Positions 9,268-18,256 of a DNA stretch of 64,000 nt are shown here, one piece after another. How positions within the stretch are numbered: position 1 is the stretch's first letter; the number at the start of each line of letters is the position of its first letter. A program made the translations under genes and the position numbers. This DNA comes from Solirubrobacteraceae bacterium (lineage in GTDB: Bacteria; Actinomycetota; Thermoleophilia; Solirubrobacterales; Solirubrobacteraceae): the NCBI GenBank assembly GCA_035948815.1, contig DASZIU010000062.1:10398-74397 (forward strand), written 5' to 3'. Below the pieces are notes generated by a model. It made no database searches. It had not been told where the DNA came from and saw only the letters and a program-made list of their open reading frames with translations.

Positions 9268-10248
9268 GTGAGCGCTCCCGGAAAGGGAGTGCTCGTCCTC
9301 GGGATGCATCGCAGCGGGACCTCGGCGGCGACACGCCTGATCAACATGCTCGGACCGGCGACCTGCCGCCCCGAGGATCTCGTCTGGGGGGCGTGGAACC
9401 CGAGCGGCAACTGGGAGAGCCGCTCGCTGATCCGCCTCGACGACAAACTGCTCCGCCAGATGGGCCGGACGTGGTGGTTCCCGCCGCCGGGCGGCGAGCG
9501 CTACTTTCAACTCGCCGAGCGCATCAGGACGAGCAGCGCAAAGGCCCGGCGAGTGTTCGGGCGCGCCCACCGCGAGGCGCCGTGGGTGTGGAAGGACCCG
9601 CGCGCATGCCTGCTCCTCCCCTTCTGGCGGGCGACGCTCGGCGCGGGCGTGGTGGCGATCCTGGCGGTTCGCAACCCGCTCGAGGTCGCCGATTCGCTTC
9701 ATCGCCGCCACGGAGTTCCACTGCGCTTCGGCGTCGCCCTCTGGGAGCGCTACAACCGGCTGATCCTCGAGCACGCGCGCGGCATGCCGGTGCTGGTCAG
9801 CCGATATGAGGACCTGCTCGATGATCCCGCGGCCTGGTGTGAGAGTGCGAGCGCGTTCCTGTCACAGGAGGGATTCGATTTGAAGGGCGCGCCGGGCGAC
9901 GAGGAGATGGCAGAGTTCGTCGACCCGAGCAGGCGTCACAGCACCCGCACGAGATCAGACCTCGCGACCGAGGCTCCCGACGCGCTCGCGACGCTCGATG
10001 CGCTCGAATCGCTGCTCGGCTCGCACTCGGCGTTCGACCCTCCCCGGCTGGCGCCCGAGGCTGCATGGGTGGAAGAGGAGCTCGCGCTGATCGGCCCGGA
10101 GACCCAGCTGTCGTGGCAGACGCCGCCGTGGGCGGCTCGATCCGGCGGCTCGGCCGCGGGCCCTGCGCCCGGCGGGCGAGGGCGCTGGAACATTCGCAGG
10201 CTCAGGCGTCTGGCGCACCCGCGCGCGCTGGTCCGCCGCTTTCGCTGA
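9268..10248 (+). CDS. Sulfotransferase family protein (different subfamily from the tandem four)
   Basis: VLGMHRSGTS PSB loop, NPSGNWE, WKDPR, VRNPLEVADSL. Confidence 0.85.
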   Translation: MSAPGKGVLVLGMHRSGTSAATRLINMLGPATCRPEDLVWGAWNPSGNWESRSLIRLDDKLLRQMGRTWWFPPPGGERYFQLAERIRTSSAKARRVFGRAHREAPWVWKDPRACLLLPFWRATLGAGVVAILAVRNPLEVADSLHRRHGVPLRFGVALWERYNRLILEHARGMPVLVSRYEDLLDDPAAWCESASAFLSQEGFDLKGAPGDEEMAEFVDPSRRHSTRTRSDLATEAPDALATLDALESLLGSHSAFDPPRLAPEAAWVEEELALIGPETQLSWQTPPWAARSGGSAAGPAPGGRGRWNIRRLRRLAHPRALVRRFR

Positions 10249-10265
10249 ATCCCGCCGCTCGCAGC

Positions 10266-10790
10266 TCAGCGCGCGATCGTCGTCACCGGGGGCGACCCGC
10301 TTCCCGACCCGGATTCCGAGGATTTGTTGCTGTGCGAGCTTCCCGTTTTCGGCGGCGGCGCGCGTTTTTTCGCCAGCGCCCGGGCGGCTTCTTCTTCGCT
10401 CTGCTTCAGCTGCTTGCGTAGGGCTTCTTCGCGGGCCTTGGCTTTCGCGGTCGCCTGTGCTTCGAGCTTGTGAGCTTCCTGTTCCTTCTTCTTCGCCTTC
10501 GCGACGGCGGAGCGTTCGCGCTTCTTGGCTTCCGCTTCGGCGGTTTCTTCCCGCTTTTTCGCTTCGATCTTGGCGAGCAGTTCGCTGTCGCGCGAGAGTT
10601 CGCTCTGTTCTTCGCGCTTCTGCGTCGATTCTTCCGCTCGTTCGGCAGCTTCTTCACTGCCTTCGGAGGGCTTCGCCGGCGATTTCGCCGCGCCCGCGCC
10701 GCCCGTGTTGCCGCACCCGGCCAGTCCCGCCGAGGCGAGCAGGGGCAGCAGGCAGGCGACGGCTGCGCCTAGAAGCCTACGTCCGGCCAC
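10266..10790 (-). CDS. Putative lipoprotein, Glu/Lys/Ala-rich coiled coil
   Basis: GTG 10790 gives MAGRRLLGAAVACLLPLLASAGLAG-C lipobox; ORF is open upstream to 10898. Confidence 0.7.
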   Translation of the reverse strand: MAGRRLLGAAVACLLPLLASAGLAGCGNTGGAGAAKSPAKPSEGSEEAAERAEESTQKREEQSELSRDSELLAKIEAKKREETAEAEAKKRERSAVAKAKKKEQEAHKLEAQATAKAKAREEALRKQLKQSEEEAARALAKKRAPPPKTGSSHSNKSSESGSGSGSPPVTTIAR

Positions 10791-10797
10791 CGTGCTC

Positions 10798-10991
10798 GAT
10801 GTTGAGTGGTCGTGGGCAGTCGGCGGCGGCGAGCTCGAAGGTGGCGGTGTCCTTCTGCGCGACGCTCGGTCGCGGGCGGTTGGGCCATCCACCATCATCT
10901 TAGGAGCCGCCCGCGCCTCAGGTGCCGGCGCCGTAGCTGATGTTGAGCAGTCGTGGGTAGTCGGTGGCGGCGAGTTCGAAGGTGGCGGTGT
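10798..10991. repeat. 53-bp imperfect direct repeat (10798-10850 and 10939-10991)
   Basis: GATGTTGAG..GTCGTGGG.AGTCGG.GGCGGCGAG.TCGAAGGTGGCGGTGT, 5 mismatches, period 141 bp. Confidence 0.9.
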
Positions 10992-13365
10992 TGCCTTCGC
11001 GGTGCAGGAGTTTGGCGGGGGTGTTCTGGTCGTGGAGGGGATCGTAGGCGCTGACGGCGGGTGGGGTTTTTGTTTCGGGGAGGTTCGCGAGGGTGATTCG
11101 GAAGGTCTCGTTGGGCAGGTCGAACCGTGTCGTTTCGGTGGCCGGGGCGGCGGGTTGGTAGAGGGTGAGGAGGTTGCGTGTCATGACGTAGACGGGGATC
11201 ACGAAGCGGGTGGGGGAGGCCTGATAGGGGAACACGGCGAGCACTTCGCGATCGTAGAGGCTGGGGTGGCCGGCGGTGCCGTCGCCTGTGAACTGTGCGT
11301 GGTTTCCGTCTTGGGCGATCGAGACGAGCTTCAGCTGCCGGGCGGGGCCGGTGGGGCCGGGGCCCTGGAAGCGGGTGAGCAGGTTGTGGAACCCGTTCGT
11401 GATTTCACCGCCGAGCTGGTCGCCGGGGTAGGTGCCGGGGTGGGCGTTCAGCGCCGAGAAGAATTCATCGCCGACCACGCTCAGGCCGCCGGCCTGCGCC
11501 GCGAAGAAGTAGTCCCGGCTGACTCCCTTGCTGACCATCGCCACCAGGCTTCGCAGCAACGCCTTCGCATGAAAATGCACCCTGTCGGCGGGAGTGAGGC
11601 CCGCGCCCACCCCCTGGGGAAGGCTGAGGTTGTACTCCGTCACCCACTTCTGGATCGGGGGGCTGCCCGCCGGTCCCACTTCGCGTCCATGTGGGAACCC
11701 GTAGAGATCCGTCGTGAACGGCGCAAGGTCGCGGATCAGTGTCTCCGTTGACGTGCCCGTGAGCGTGTACTCCGGTAGCAGCGATTCGTAGCTCGGCACG
11801 AACAGCGGCGTGAAGGGCGGGGGTTCTCTCGGGTTGGTGTCCTGGAGGCCGAGCGCGTTGACCGGCCTGAGCGCGTTCACGTCATAGGCGGAGGGGAAGC
11901 TCCTCAGGCCCACATAGGGATGCTTGCTGAGCGCCGTCAGGCCCTGCGGCGCCGCCGCCCCGCTCGGAAACGGCGTCTCGCTGGCGAAGCCGTTGGTGAT
12001 CCCGACTTCCGGGGACAGGCCACTGGCCGGACTGCGCACGTAGGCGACCGTCGCCCTCAGGATCGCCTGGACGACCGCCTTCGTGATGGCGTGTCGGTGC
12101 GGCGAGGAGGCTGCCGGTTCACCTTCCGGCGCCGATCCCGGTTCGCCGCCTTCGCTCGAGTAGTAGTAGTCGGAGTTCAGGAACTGGGATCCGAACGTGA
12201 GCTCGTTCCAGACCTCCAGGTCGAAGCCGCCCGGACCGAAGATGCTCGACGCGAGCCTGCAGACCGTGGCCACGTAGCTGGTCCAGCCCGCGAGAGTCTC
12301 CTGGAACGCCGGATTCGGAGCCCCGTCGGGGAGTGTCGGAGGGCCGAACGGTGCGTACAGCAGCGTCGCGCCCGGGTGACTCCCGGCCGGCAGGGCTTCT
12401 GGCAGCGGGCGTGCGAGGGTGGCGACGCCGTCGGAGCTGACGGACGCGATCAGGAGGTCGGGCAGGCCGCCGAAGACGAGCCCGCTGAAGCCGGTCTTCC
12501 CCGGCACGACCTGTGCGGCGCTCGCGGGCGAGAGCGTCACCGTCTGTGCTCCGGCCGGGGCTTCGGCGAGCGTTTCGAGCGTGACCAACTTCAGCGGAGT
12601 GGGCGCGCCGCTGTTCGCGTCGAGGACGATCAGCGGTCGCAGGCCGTGTTCGCGCAGCGCGGTCAGGCGCGCTCGCAGCTGCGGTTCGTAGTCACCCCGC
12701 AGCTTCGTCGGATCGCTGTAGGAGAGTCCGTTCCAGCTCAGGTTGGTTCGTGCGAGGGTGAAGCCGTCGTCGTGGAGGAGTTGCGCGACCGCGTCCGAGT
12801 TGCGCGCGCCGACGTTGAAGTTGACCCCTGCCGAGCTCAACAGCCGCGACGCGGGCCAGGTGTCGAGGTAGGCCCGCCAGGGCTGCACCCAGAAGGATGT
12901 GCGTCCGAACGGGAGGCTCGTGAGGTATCTCGGGTCGATCGGGTCGGTGACGACGCCGCCCGGTTCGGCCGCCGGCCCGGGAGACCCTCCCGCCCCCGGC
13001 GCCTGCGGAGGCGCTGCCTGGCTTTCGCCGCCGCTGGTGGTCGTCGTGGTCGTGCCGCCGGCGCTGATCGATGTGACTTCGACCGGCGCTGGGTGCGCCA
13101 CCGACGGCGCGGGCGCGCCGCTCGCGACGCCCGTGCAGACGCGCCGCGCGCGGGTGGACGATTTCTTGCCACCTTTCAGCGCGCACCCCGGGCGGGCGAT
13201 GCGTGGCTGGGAGCCGCGACGGGGGCTGCGGGCACGACTTGCCGCGGCGGACCCGGAGAAGAGCATCAGCGCGGCCGTGAGCCCCGCGGCAAGCGCTGTG
13301 GCCAACAGCAGCGCCAGCCGCGGGCGTGCGGCCGGTACTCGCGCGTTCGAAAGCATGTCGGTCAT
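10918..13365 (-). CDS. Large secreted protein, probable clan GH-A glycoside hydrolase-like
   Basis: Signal-like N-terminus, Pro/Thr/Gly linker, LEVWNEL (acid/base-like) and WVTEYN (nucleophile-like) motifs; start uncertain (ORF open to 13440). Confidence 0.6.
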   Translation of the reverse strand: MTDMLSNARVPAARPRLALLLATALAAGLTAALMLFSGSAAASRARSPRRGSQPRIARPGCALKGGKKSSTRARRVCTGVASGAPAPSVAHPAPVEVTSISAGGTTTTTTSGGESQAAPPQAPGAGGSPGPAAEPGGVVTDPIDPRYLTSLPFGRTSFWVQPWRAYLDTWPASRLLSSAGVNFNVGARNSDAVAQLLHDDGFTLARTNLSWNGLSYSDPTKLRGDYEPQLRARLTALREHGLRPLIVLDANSGAPTPLKLVTLETLAEAPAGAQTVTLSPASAAQVVPGKTGFSGLVFGGLPDLLIASVSSDGVATLARPLPEALPAGSHPGATLLYAPFGPPTLPDGAPNPAFQETLAGWTSYVATVCRLASSIFGPGGFDLEVWNELTFGSQFLNSDYYYSSEGGEPGSAPEGEPAASSPHRHAITKAVVQAILRATVAYVRSPASGLSPEVGITNGFASETPFPSGAAAPQGLTALSKHPYVGLRSFPSAYDVNALRPVNALGLQDTNPREPPPFTPLFVPSYESLLPEYTLTGTSTETLIRDLAPFTTDLYGFPHGREVGPAGSPPIQKWVTEYNLSLPQGVGAGLTPADRVHFHAKALLRSLVAMVSKGVSRDYFFAAQAGGLSVVGDEFFSALNAHPGTYPGDQLGGEITNGFHNLLTRFQGPGPTGPARQLKLVSIAQDGNHAQFTGDGTAGHPSLYDREVLAVFPYQASPTRFVIPVYVMTRNLLTLYQPAAPATETTRFDLPNETFRITLANLPETKTPPAVSAYDPLHDQNTPAKLLHREGNTATFELAATDYPRLLNISYGAGT

Positions 13366-13577
13366 TGGCGTCCCGACTCCTGAGGTGGGGTGCGAAGAGA
13401 GGCGGTGATTTCTCGTTCGCGGCCTCCTGGTCGCCAGCATCGGCTCCGACCGCGGCCCGCTTGACGGCGAGGGCCACCGCTGGACGTTCGTAGGTGCGCC
13501 TCGCGGGCGTCCAGAGGCCCCGTGGCGCTGCTCCGCTCGGCGCCGTCCTCGCAGGTGCGGTGATCTATGTTTGACCC

Positions 13578-14792
13578 GTGACCGAGCGTTCCGGGAGCTC
13601 GTACGGGCCGCGGGGAGGCGGCGCGGGCTCGGCCGACGCCGAGGGCGCGCGGCCGCGCCTGCTGTTGCTCACGCCCGACTATCCGCCGGTGATCGGAGGC
13701 GTGCAGCTGCTGATGAGCCGGATCGCGTCCGGCGTGCAGGGCTTTGACACGCGTGTGCTGACCCCCGACAGCGATGGCGCGGCCCGCTTCGATGCGACCA
13801 GCGGCGTGGGCACGCGGCGCGTGGGTCCCCTCGCTCGATCCGCCCGCGGGCGGATCGTCGGCTTGAACGCAATCGCGCTGACCGAGGCGCTTCGCTTCAG
13901 ACCCGAGCTGGTGCTGAGCGGCCACATCGTGACGAGTCCGGCCGCCGCTCTGATCAGGCGCGCGGTCGGCGCGCGAACGGTTCAGTACTTCCACGCGAGG
14001 GAGATCGGAGGGCGCCCGCGCCTGGCGGCCTTCGCCGCCCGCCAGGCGCACGCGAGAATCGCGATCAGCACCTACACGGCGGGCCTGCTCGTGCCCCTCG
14101 GGGTCTCGCGCGAGACCGTGACGGTGATTCCGCCGGGCGTCGATCTGCCGGCCGACCCGCGCCCCGAGGTCGCCGGGCGCCCGACCGTTCTCACGATCGC
14201 GCGGCTCGCCGACAGCTACAAGGGCCACGACGTGCTGCTGCGCTCGCTGGCGAGCGTGCGCGAGCGCGTGCCCGACGTCGAGTGGGTGGTGATCGGCGAC
14301 GGTCCTCTGCGCCCTGGGCTCGAAGCGCTCGCGCGCGCCCGGGGCCTCGGGGACTCGGCCCGCTTCCTGGGATCCGTCTCCGATCGGGAGCGCGACCTCT
14401 GGCTGCGACGCGCGGACCTGCTGGCGATGCCGAGCCGTCTGCCGGATGGCGGAAGGCCCGGCGAGGGGTACGGGATCGTCTACCTGGAAGCCGGCGCCCA
14501 CGGCAAGCCGGTCGTCGCCGGGAACGTCGGCGGGCCGCTTGACGCGGTGCTCGACGGCGAGACCGGGCTGCTCGTCGAGCCGACCGATGCCGCGGCGGTC
14601 GCGGAGGCGATCACGACGCTGCTGCTCGACGAGAAGCTCGCACGCCGCCTGGGCAGCGCCGGCGCAGCGCGCGCTCGCGGGCTGGCGTGGCCCGCGATCG
14701 TGGAGCGCGTGCAGGCTGTGCTCGACGAGCAGCTTGCGGCCGTGCGCCGCACGCCGCGGGCGGACCCGGAGGCGAGCGGGGCGCGCCGGTGA
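13578..14792 (+). CDS. GT4 glycosyltransferase (PimB-like)
   Basis: LLLTPDYPPVIGGVQ, YKGHD, EGYGIVYLEAGAHGKPVV. Confidence 0.9.
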   Translation: MTERSGSSYGPRGGGAGSADAEGARPRLLLLTPDYPPVIGGVQLLMSRIASGVQGFDTRVLTPDSDGAARFDATSGVGTRRVGPLARSARGRIVGLNAIALTEALRFRPELVLSGHIVTSPAAALIRRAVGARTVQYFHAREIGGRPRLAAFAARQAHARIAISTYTAGLLVPLGVSRETVTVIPPGVDLPADPRPEVAGRPTVLTIARLADSYKGHDVLLRSLASVRERVPDVEWVVIGDGPLRPGLEALARARGLGDSARFLGSVSDRERDLWLRRADLLAMPSRLPDGGRPGEGYGIVYLEAGAHGKPVVAGNVGGPLDAVLDGETGLLVEPTDAAAVAEAITTLLLDEKLARRLGSAGAARARGLAWPAIVERVQAVLDEQLAAVRRTPRADPEASGARR

Positions 14793-15985
14793 ACGTCCTC
14801 TACGTCAACCACACGGCCACGGTCAGCGGGGGGGAGCGCTCGCTGCTGCTCCTGCTGGGAGCGCTGCCGGGCGAGGTGCTCCCGCTGGTGGCGACGCCGC
14901 ACGGCCCGCTCGCGGCGGCGGTTGGCGCGCTCGGGGTGCCGGTGACGCCGATCGTGGGCACCGCGGGAAGCCTGCGCCTGCATCCGTTGCACACGCCGCG
15001 TGCCGTCGCCGAGCTGAGCCTCGCCGCGTTGCAGCTGCGGCGGGCGGCCGCACGCCACCGCGCCGGCGTGGTCCATGCCAACTCGATCCGCGCCGGGATC
15101 GTGCTCGCGCTCGCGCGACCAGCGGCGGCGAGGGTCGTGCATGTCCGCGACTGCCTGCCCCCGGGTGCGCTCGCGAGCGCCACGATGCGGCTGATCGCCT
15201 CCACCGCGACGACGGTCATCGCGAACTCGCACTACACGGCGAGGTCCGTGCGGGCGGCGGCGCCGGGGGCGCGCGTGGAGGTCATCTACAACGCCGTCGA
15301 CCTCCGGCGCTTCGACCCCGCACGGATCGACCGCGCCGAGGCGAGGGCGCGCGTCGCCGCCGTCGCCGGCGAGGGCGTCGAGCGCCGGGTGCTGCTGGGC
15401 GTGGTCGGGCAGATCACGCCGTGGAAGGGACAGGACACCGCCATCGAGGTGCTCCGGCTGCTGGTCGAGGAGGGAGTCGACGCGCAACTGCTGCTGGTCG
15501 GCTCGGCGAAGTTCGTCGCAAGCGCGACCCGATTCGACAACCACGCCTTCCTCGGGCGGATGCGCGAGCGTGTGGTCGAGGTCGGGCTCGTCGACCGCGT
15601 CACCTGGCTCGGCGAGCGCGAGGACGTGCCCGAGCTGATGCGCGCCATGGACGTACTGCTGGCGCCCTCGCACGAGGAGCCGTTCGGGCGGACGCTGGTC
15701 GAGGCGATGGCGCTCGGCGTGCCCGTGCTGGCCACGAACGTGGGTGGGCCGACCGAGATCATCGAGGACGGACGCGAGGGCCACCTGCTCGCGCCGCGGG
15801 ATCCGGCTGCCTGGGCGGCGGCCGTGCGCCAGCTCGCGCAAGAGCCCGAGCGCGCCGCCGAGATGGGACGCGCGGGGCGCATCAGGGCGCAGAGCGCTTT
15901 CGGGGTCGAGCGCCACGAGGCGGCGGTGCTCGGGGCGTATCGCCGGGCCCTCGGCGAAGCCGCTCCAAACGGCGAGCCGGCTTGA
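14789..15985 (+). CDS. GT4 glycosyltransferase
   Basis: SGGERSL, GQITPWKGQ, EPFGRTLVEAMALGVPV; GTGA overlap with previous gene. Confidence 0.9.
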   Translation: MNVLYVNHTATVSGGERSLLLLLGALPGEVLPLVATPHGPLAAAVGALGVPVTPIVGTAGSLRLHPLHTPRAVAELSLAALQLRRAAARHRAGVVHANSIRAGIVLALARPAAARVVHVRDCLPPGALASATMRLIASTATTVIANSHYTARSVRAAAPGARVEVIYNAVDLRRFDPARIDRAEARARVAAVAGEGVERRVLLGVVGQITPWKGQDTAIEVLRLLVEEGVDAQLLLVGSAKFVASATRFDNHAFLGRMRERVVEVGLVDRVTWLGEREDVPELMRAMDVLLAPSHEEPFGRTLVEAMALGVPVLATNVGGPTEIIEDGREGHLLAPRDPAAWAAAVRQLAQEPERAAEMGRAGRIRAQSAFGVERHEAAVLGAYRRALGEAAPNGEPA

Positions 15986-16009
15986 CAACCCGGGAGCGGA
16001 CCCTAAAGT
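15982..16009 (+). promoter_or_regulatory. Housekeeping sigma-70-type promoter for cysNC
   Basis: TTGACA (15982-15987) - 16 nt - TAAAGT (16004-16009). Confidence 0.65.
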
Positions 16010-16238
16010 TCACACTCCTCGGGGGGCGTGGAGCCAGAATTCGTGCACGCTCCCACCTCAAACCGCTCCTCGGGGTGCGAGCACGGATGCCGTTCACACC
16101 CCAGACATCACACACATTCCTGAAGGCGCGAGCGCCGCTCGGCATGGCGTTCGGACGGCCAGTCGAGCCTCTACACTTCGCGCGTGACGCCATGGTCCAG
16201 CCGCTGAGAGCGCGCCGCACGCGGCGTGGGTGCCACTG

Positions 16239-18254
16239 ATGGACCGCCCGCCGGCGACATCGGGAGCGCTCGCGACCGGCAACGGAAGGCCCGACGGCGC
16301 GGGCGACGCATCGGAGCGCCCGACCAGCGCGCAGGAGATCTTCCGGCGGCTCACAGATCGACCGGCGGACCTGCTGCGGTTCGCGACGGCCGGCTCGGTC
16401 GACGACGGCAAGAGCACGCTCATCGGCCGGCTGCTGTACGACTCCAAGCAGGTCCTCAGCGATCAGCTCGAGCACGTTCAGCAGACGAGCGAGCGGATGG
16501 GCCACGACCATCTCGACCTCTCACTGCTCACCGACGGGCTCCGCGCCGAGCGCGAGCAGGGCATCACGATCGACGTCGCCTACCGCTACTTCGCGACGAC
16601 GGAGCGGCGGTTCATCATCGCCGACACGCCGGGGCACGAGCAGTACACCCGGAACATGGTCACGGGCGCCTCGACGGCTGACCTGGCGATCGTCCTGATC
16701 GACGCGCGCAAGGGCGTGGTTGCCCAATCCAAGCGCCACGCGTTCATCAGCTCGCTGCTCGGGATCCCGCACGTCGTCGTGTGCGTGAACAAGATGGATC
16801 TCGTCGACTTCGACGAGCAGGTCTTCGACGCGATCGTCGATGACTTCGACAGCTTCGCGGCGCGGCTCGAGCTGCCCGACGTCACCTTCATCCCGATCTC
16901 GGCGCTGCTCGGCGACAACGTGGTGCAACGCTCGGAGGCGATGCCCTGGTATCAGGGGCCACCGCTGCTCTACCACCTCGAGCACGTGCACATCGCCTCC
17001 GACCGCAACCTGATCGACGTCCGCTTCCCGGTCCAGTGGGTTATTCGCCCCCCGGCCGGCAATGGGGGCGATCACCGCGCCTACGCGGGGCAGGTTGCCG
17101 GCGGCGTCATGAGGCCCGGCGACGAGGTGCTGGTGCTTCCGGGAGGCCATCGCACGAGGATCGCCGCGATCGACACCTTCGACGGCCCCGTGGAGGAGGC
17201 CTTTCCACCGATGTCAGTCGCCATCCGGCTCGGCGATGACCTCGACGTCGGGCGCGGCAGCACGATCGTGCGAACCCACAACCAGCCGACGGTGGCGAAC
17301 AGCTTCGAGTGCCTGCTCTGCTGGATGTCGGAGACGCCGCTGAGTGCGCAGCGTCGTTATGTGGTCAAGCACACGACCCGCAGCGCGATGCTGGGCGCAG
17401 CCGAGGTCCGCTATCGGATCGACGTCGAGACGCTCCACCGAGACGAGAGCGCGACGACGCTCGGACTCAACGACCTCGGACGCGTGCACCTCGAAATGAG
17501 CTCGCCGCTGGTGTTCGACTCCTACCGGCGCAACCGCGTCACGGGCAGCGTGATCCTGATCGACGAGGCGACGAACGAAACCGTCGCGGCCGGCGTGATC
17601 CTGGACACGGAGGTCGAGGAGCCCGGCCCGGCGCCGGACGGGGGCCGCAGCCCGAACGTCCGCTGGCAGGGATCGAGGATGACGCGCGATCGTCGCTGGC
17701 AGACGCTCGGCCACGGGGGCGCGACCGTATGGTTCACCGGCCTGCCGGGAGCCGGCAAGTCGACGATCGCCGCGGCCGTCGAGGAGCGCCTGATCGCGGC
17801 GGGGCGCCCCGCCTTCCTGCTCGACGGCGACAACCTCCGCCACGGCCTCAACGGCGATCTCGGCTTCGACGAAACGGCGCGCCGCGAGAACGTGCGGCGA
17901 ACCGCGCACGTCGCGAAGCTGCTCGCCGAGTCGGGCACGATCGCGCTGGTCAGCCTCGTGAGCCCGTATGCGGCCGACCGCGAGGCGGCCGCGGCGCTGC
18001 ACGCCTCCGACGACCTGCACTTCATCGAGGTATACGTCGACGCGCCGCTCGCCGTCTGCGAGCAGCGCGACCCAAAGGGCCTCTACGCGCGCGCCCGAGC
18101 GGGCGAGCTCGCCGGCCTGACCGGCGTGGGAGCGCCGTATGAGCCCCCGTCGCGCGCCGACGTCGTGCTCGGGTCAGGCGAGGAAACCGTCGAGAGCGAG
18201 GTCGAGCGCGTGATGGACGCGCTCACCGCCCTCGGCCTCCTACCCCGCGACTGA
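16239..18254 (+). CDS. cysNC: Bifunctional sulfate adenylyltransferase large subunit / adenylyl-sulfate kinase
   Basis: GSVDDGKSTLIGRLLYD, EREQGITIDVAYRYF, DTPGH, NKMD; APS kinase WFTGLPGAGKST, LDGDNLRHGL, RDPKGLY; alternative GTG 16230. Confidence 0.95.
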   Translation: MDRPPATSGALATGNGRPDGAGDASERPTSAQEIFRRLTDRPADLLRFATAGSVDDGKSTLIGRLLYDSKQVLSDQLEHVQQTSERMGHDHLDLSLLTDGLRAEREQGITIDVAYRYFATTERRFIIADTPGHEQYTRNMVTGASTADLAIVLIDARKGVVAQSKRHAFISSLLGIPHVVVCVNKMDLVDFDEQVFDAIVDDFDSFAARLELPDVTFIPISALLGDNVVQRSEAMPWYQGPPLLYHLEHVHIASDRNLIDVRFPVQWVIRPPAGNGGDHRAYAGQVAGGVMRPGDEVLVLPGGHRTRIAAIDTFDGPVEEAFPPMSVAIRLGDDLDVGRGSTIVRTHNQPTVANSFECLLCWMSETPLSAQRRYVVKHTTRSAMLGAAEVRYRIDVETLHRDESATTLGLNDLGRVHLEMSSPLVFDSYRRNRVTGSVILIDEATNETVAAGVILDTEVEEPGPAPDGGRSPNVRWQGSRMTRDRRWQTLGHGGATVWFTGLPGAGKSTIAAAVEERLIAAGRPAFLLDGDNLRHGLNGDLGFDETARRENVRRTAHVAKLLAESGTIALVSLVSPYAADREAAAALHASDDLHFIEVYVDAPLAVCEQRDPKGLYARARAGELAGLTGVGAPYEPPSRADVVLGSGEETVESEVERVMDALTALGLLPRD

Positions 18255-18256
18255 GC

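Noticed and set aside
11920-13383. Long antisense and alternative-frame ORFs (also 23433-25727, 14446-16239, 44583-46286 and many others)
   Set aside because: They mirror well-supported genes, lack motifs, and are expected from stop-codon scarcity at this GC content.
16008-16099. GTTCAC hexamers near cysNC as a PHO box
   Set aside because: The two copies are 84 bp apart, not in 11-bp register.
16010-16238. SAM riboswitch in the cysNC leader
   Set aside because: I could not find the SAM-I/IV core motifs (AUC..GAG, GCAACC, GUGC pairing). Kept only as an unexplained leader.
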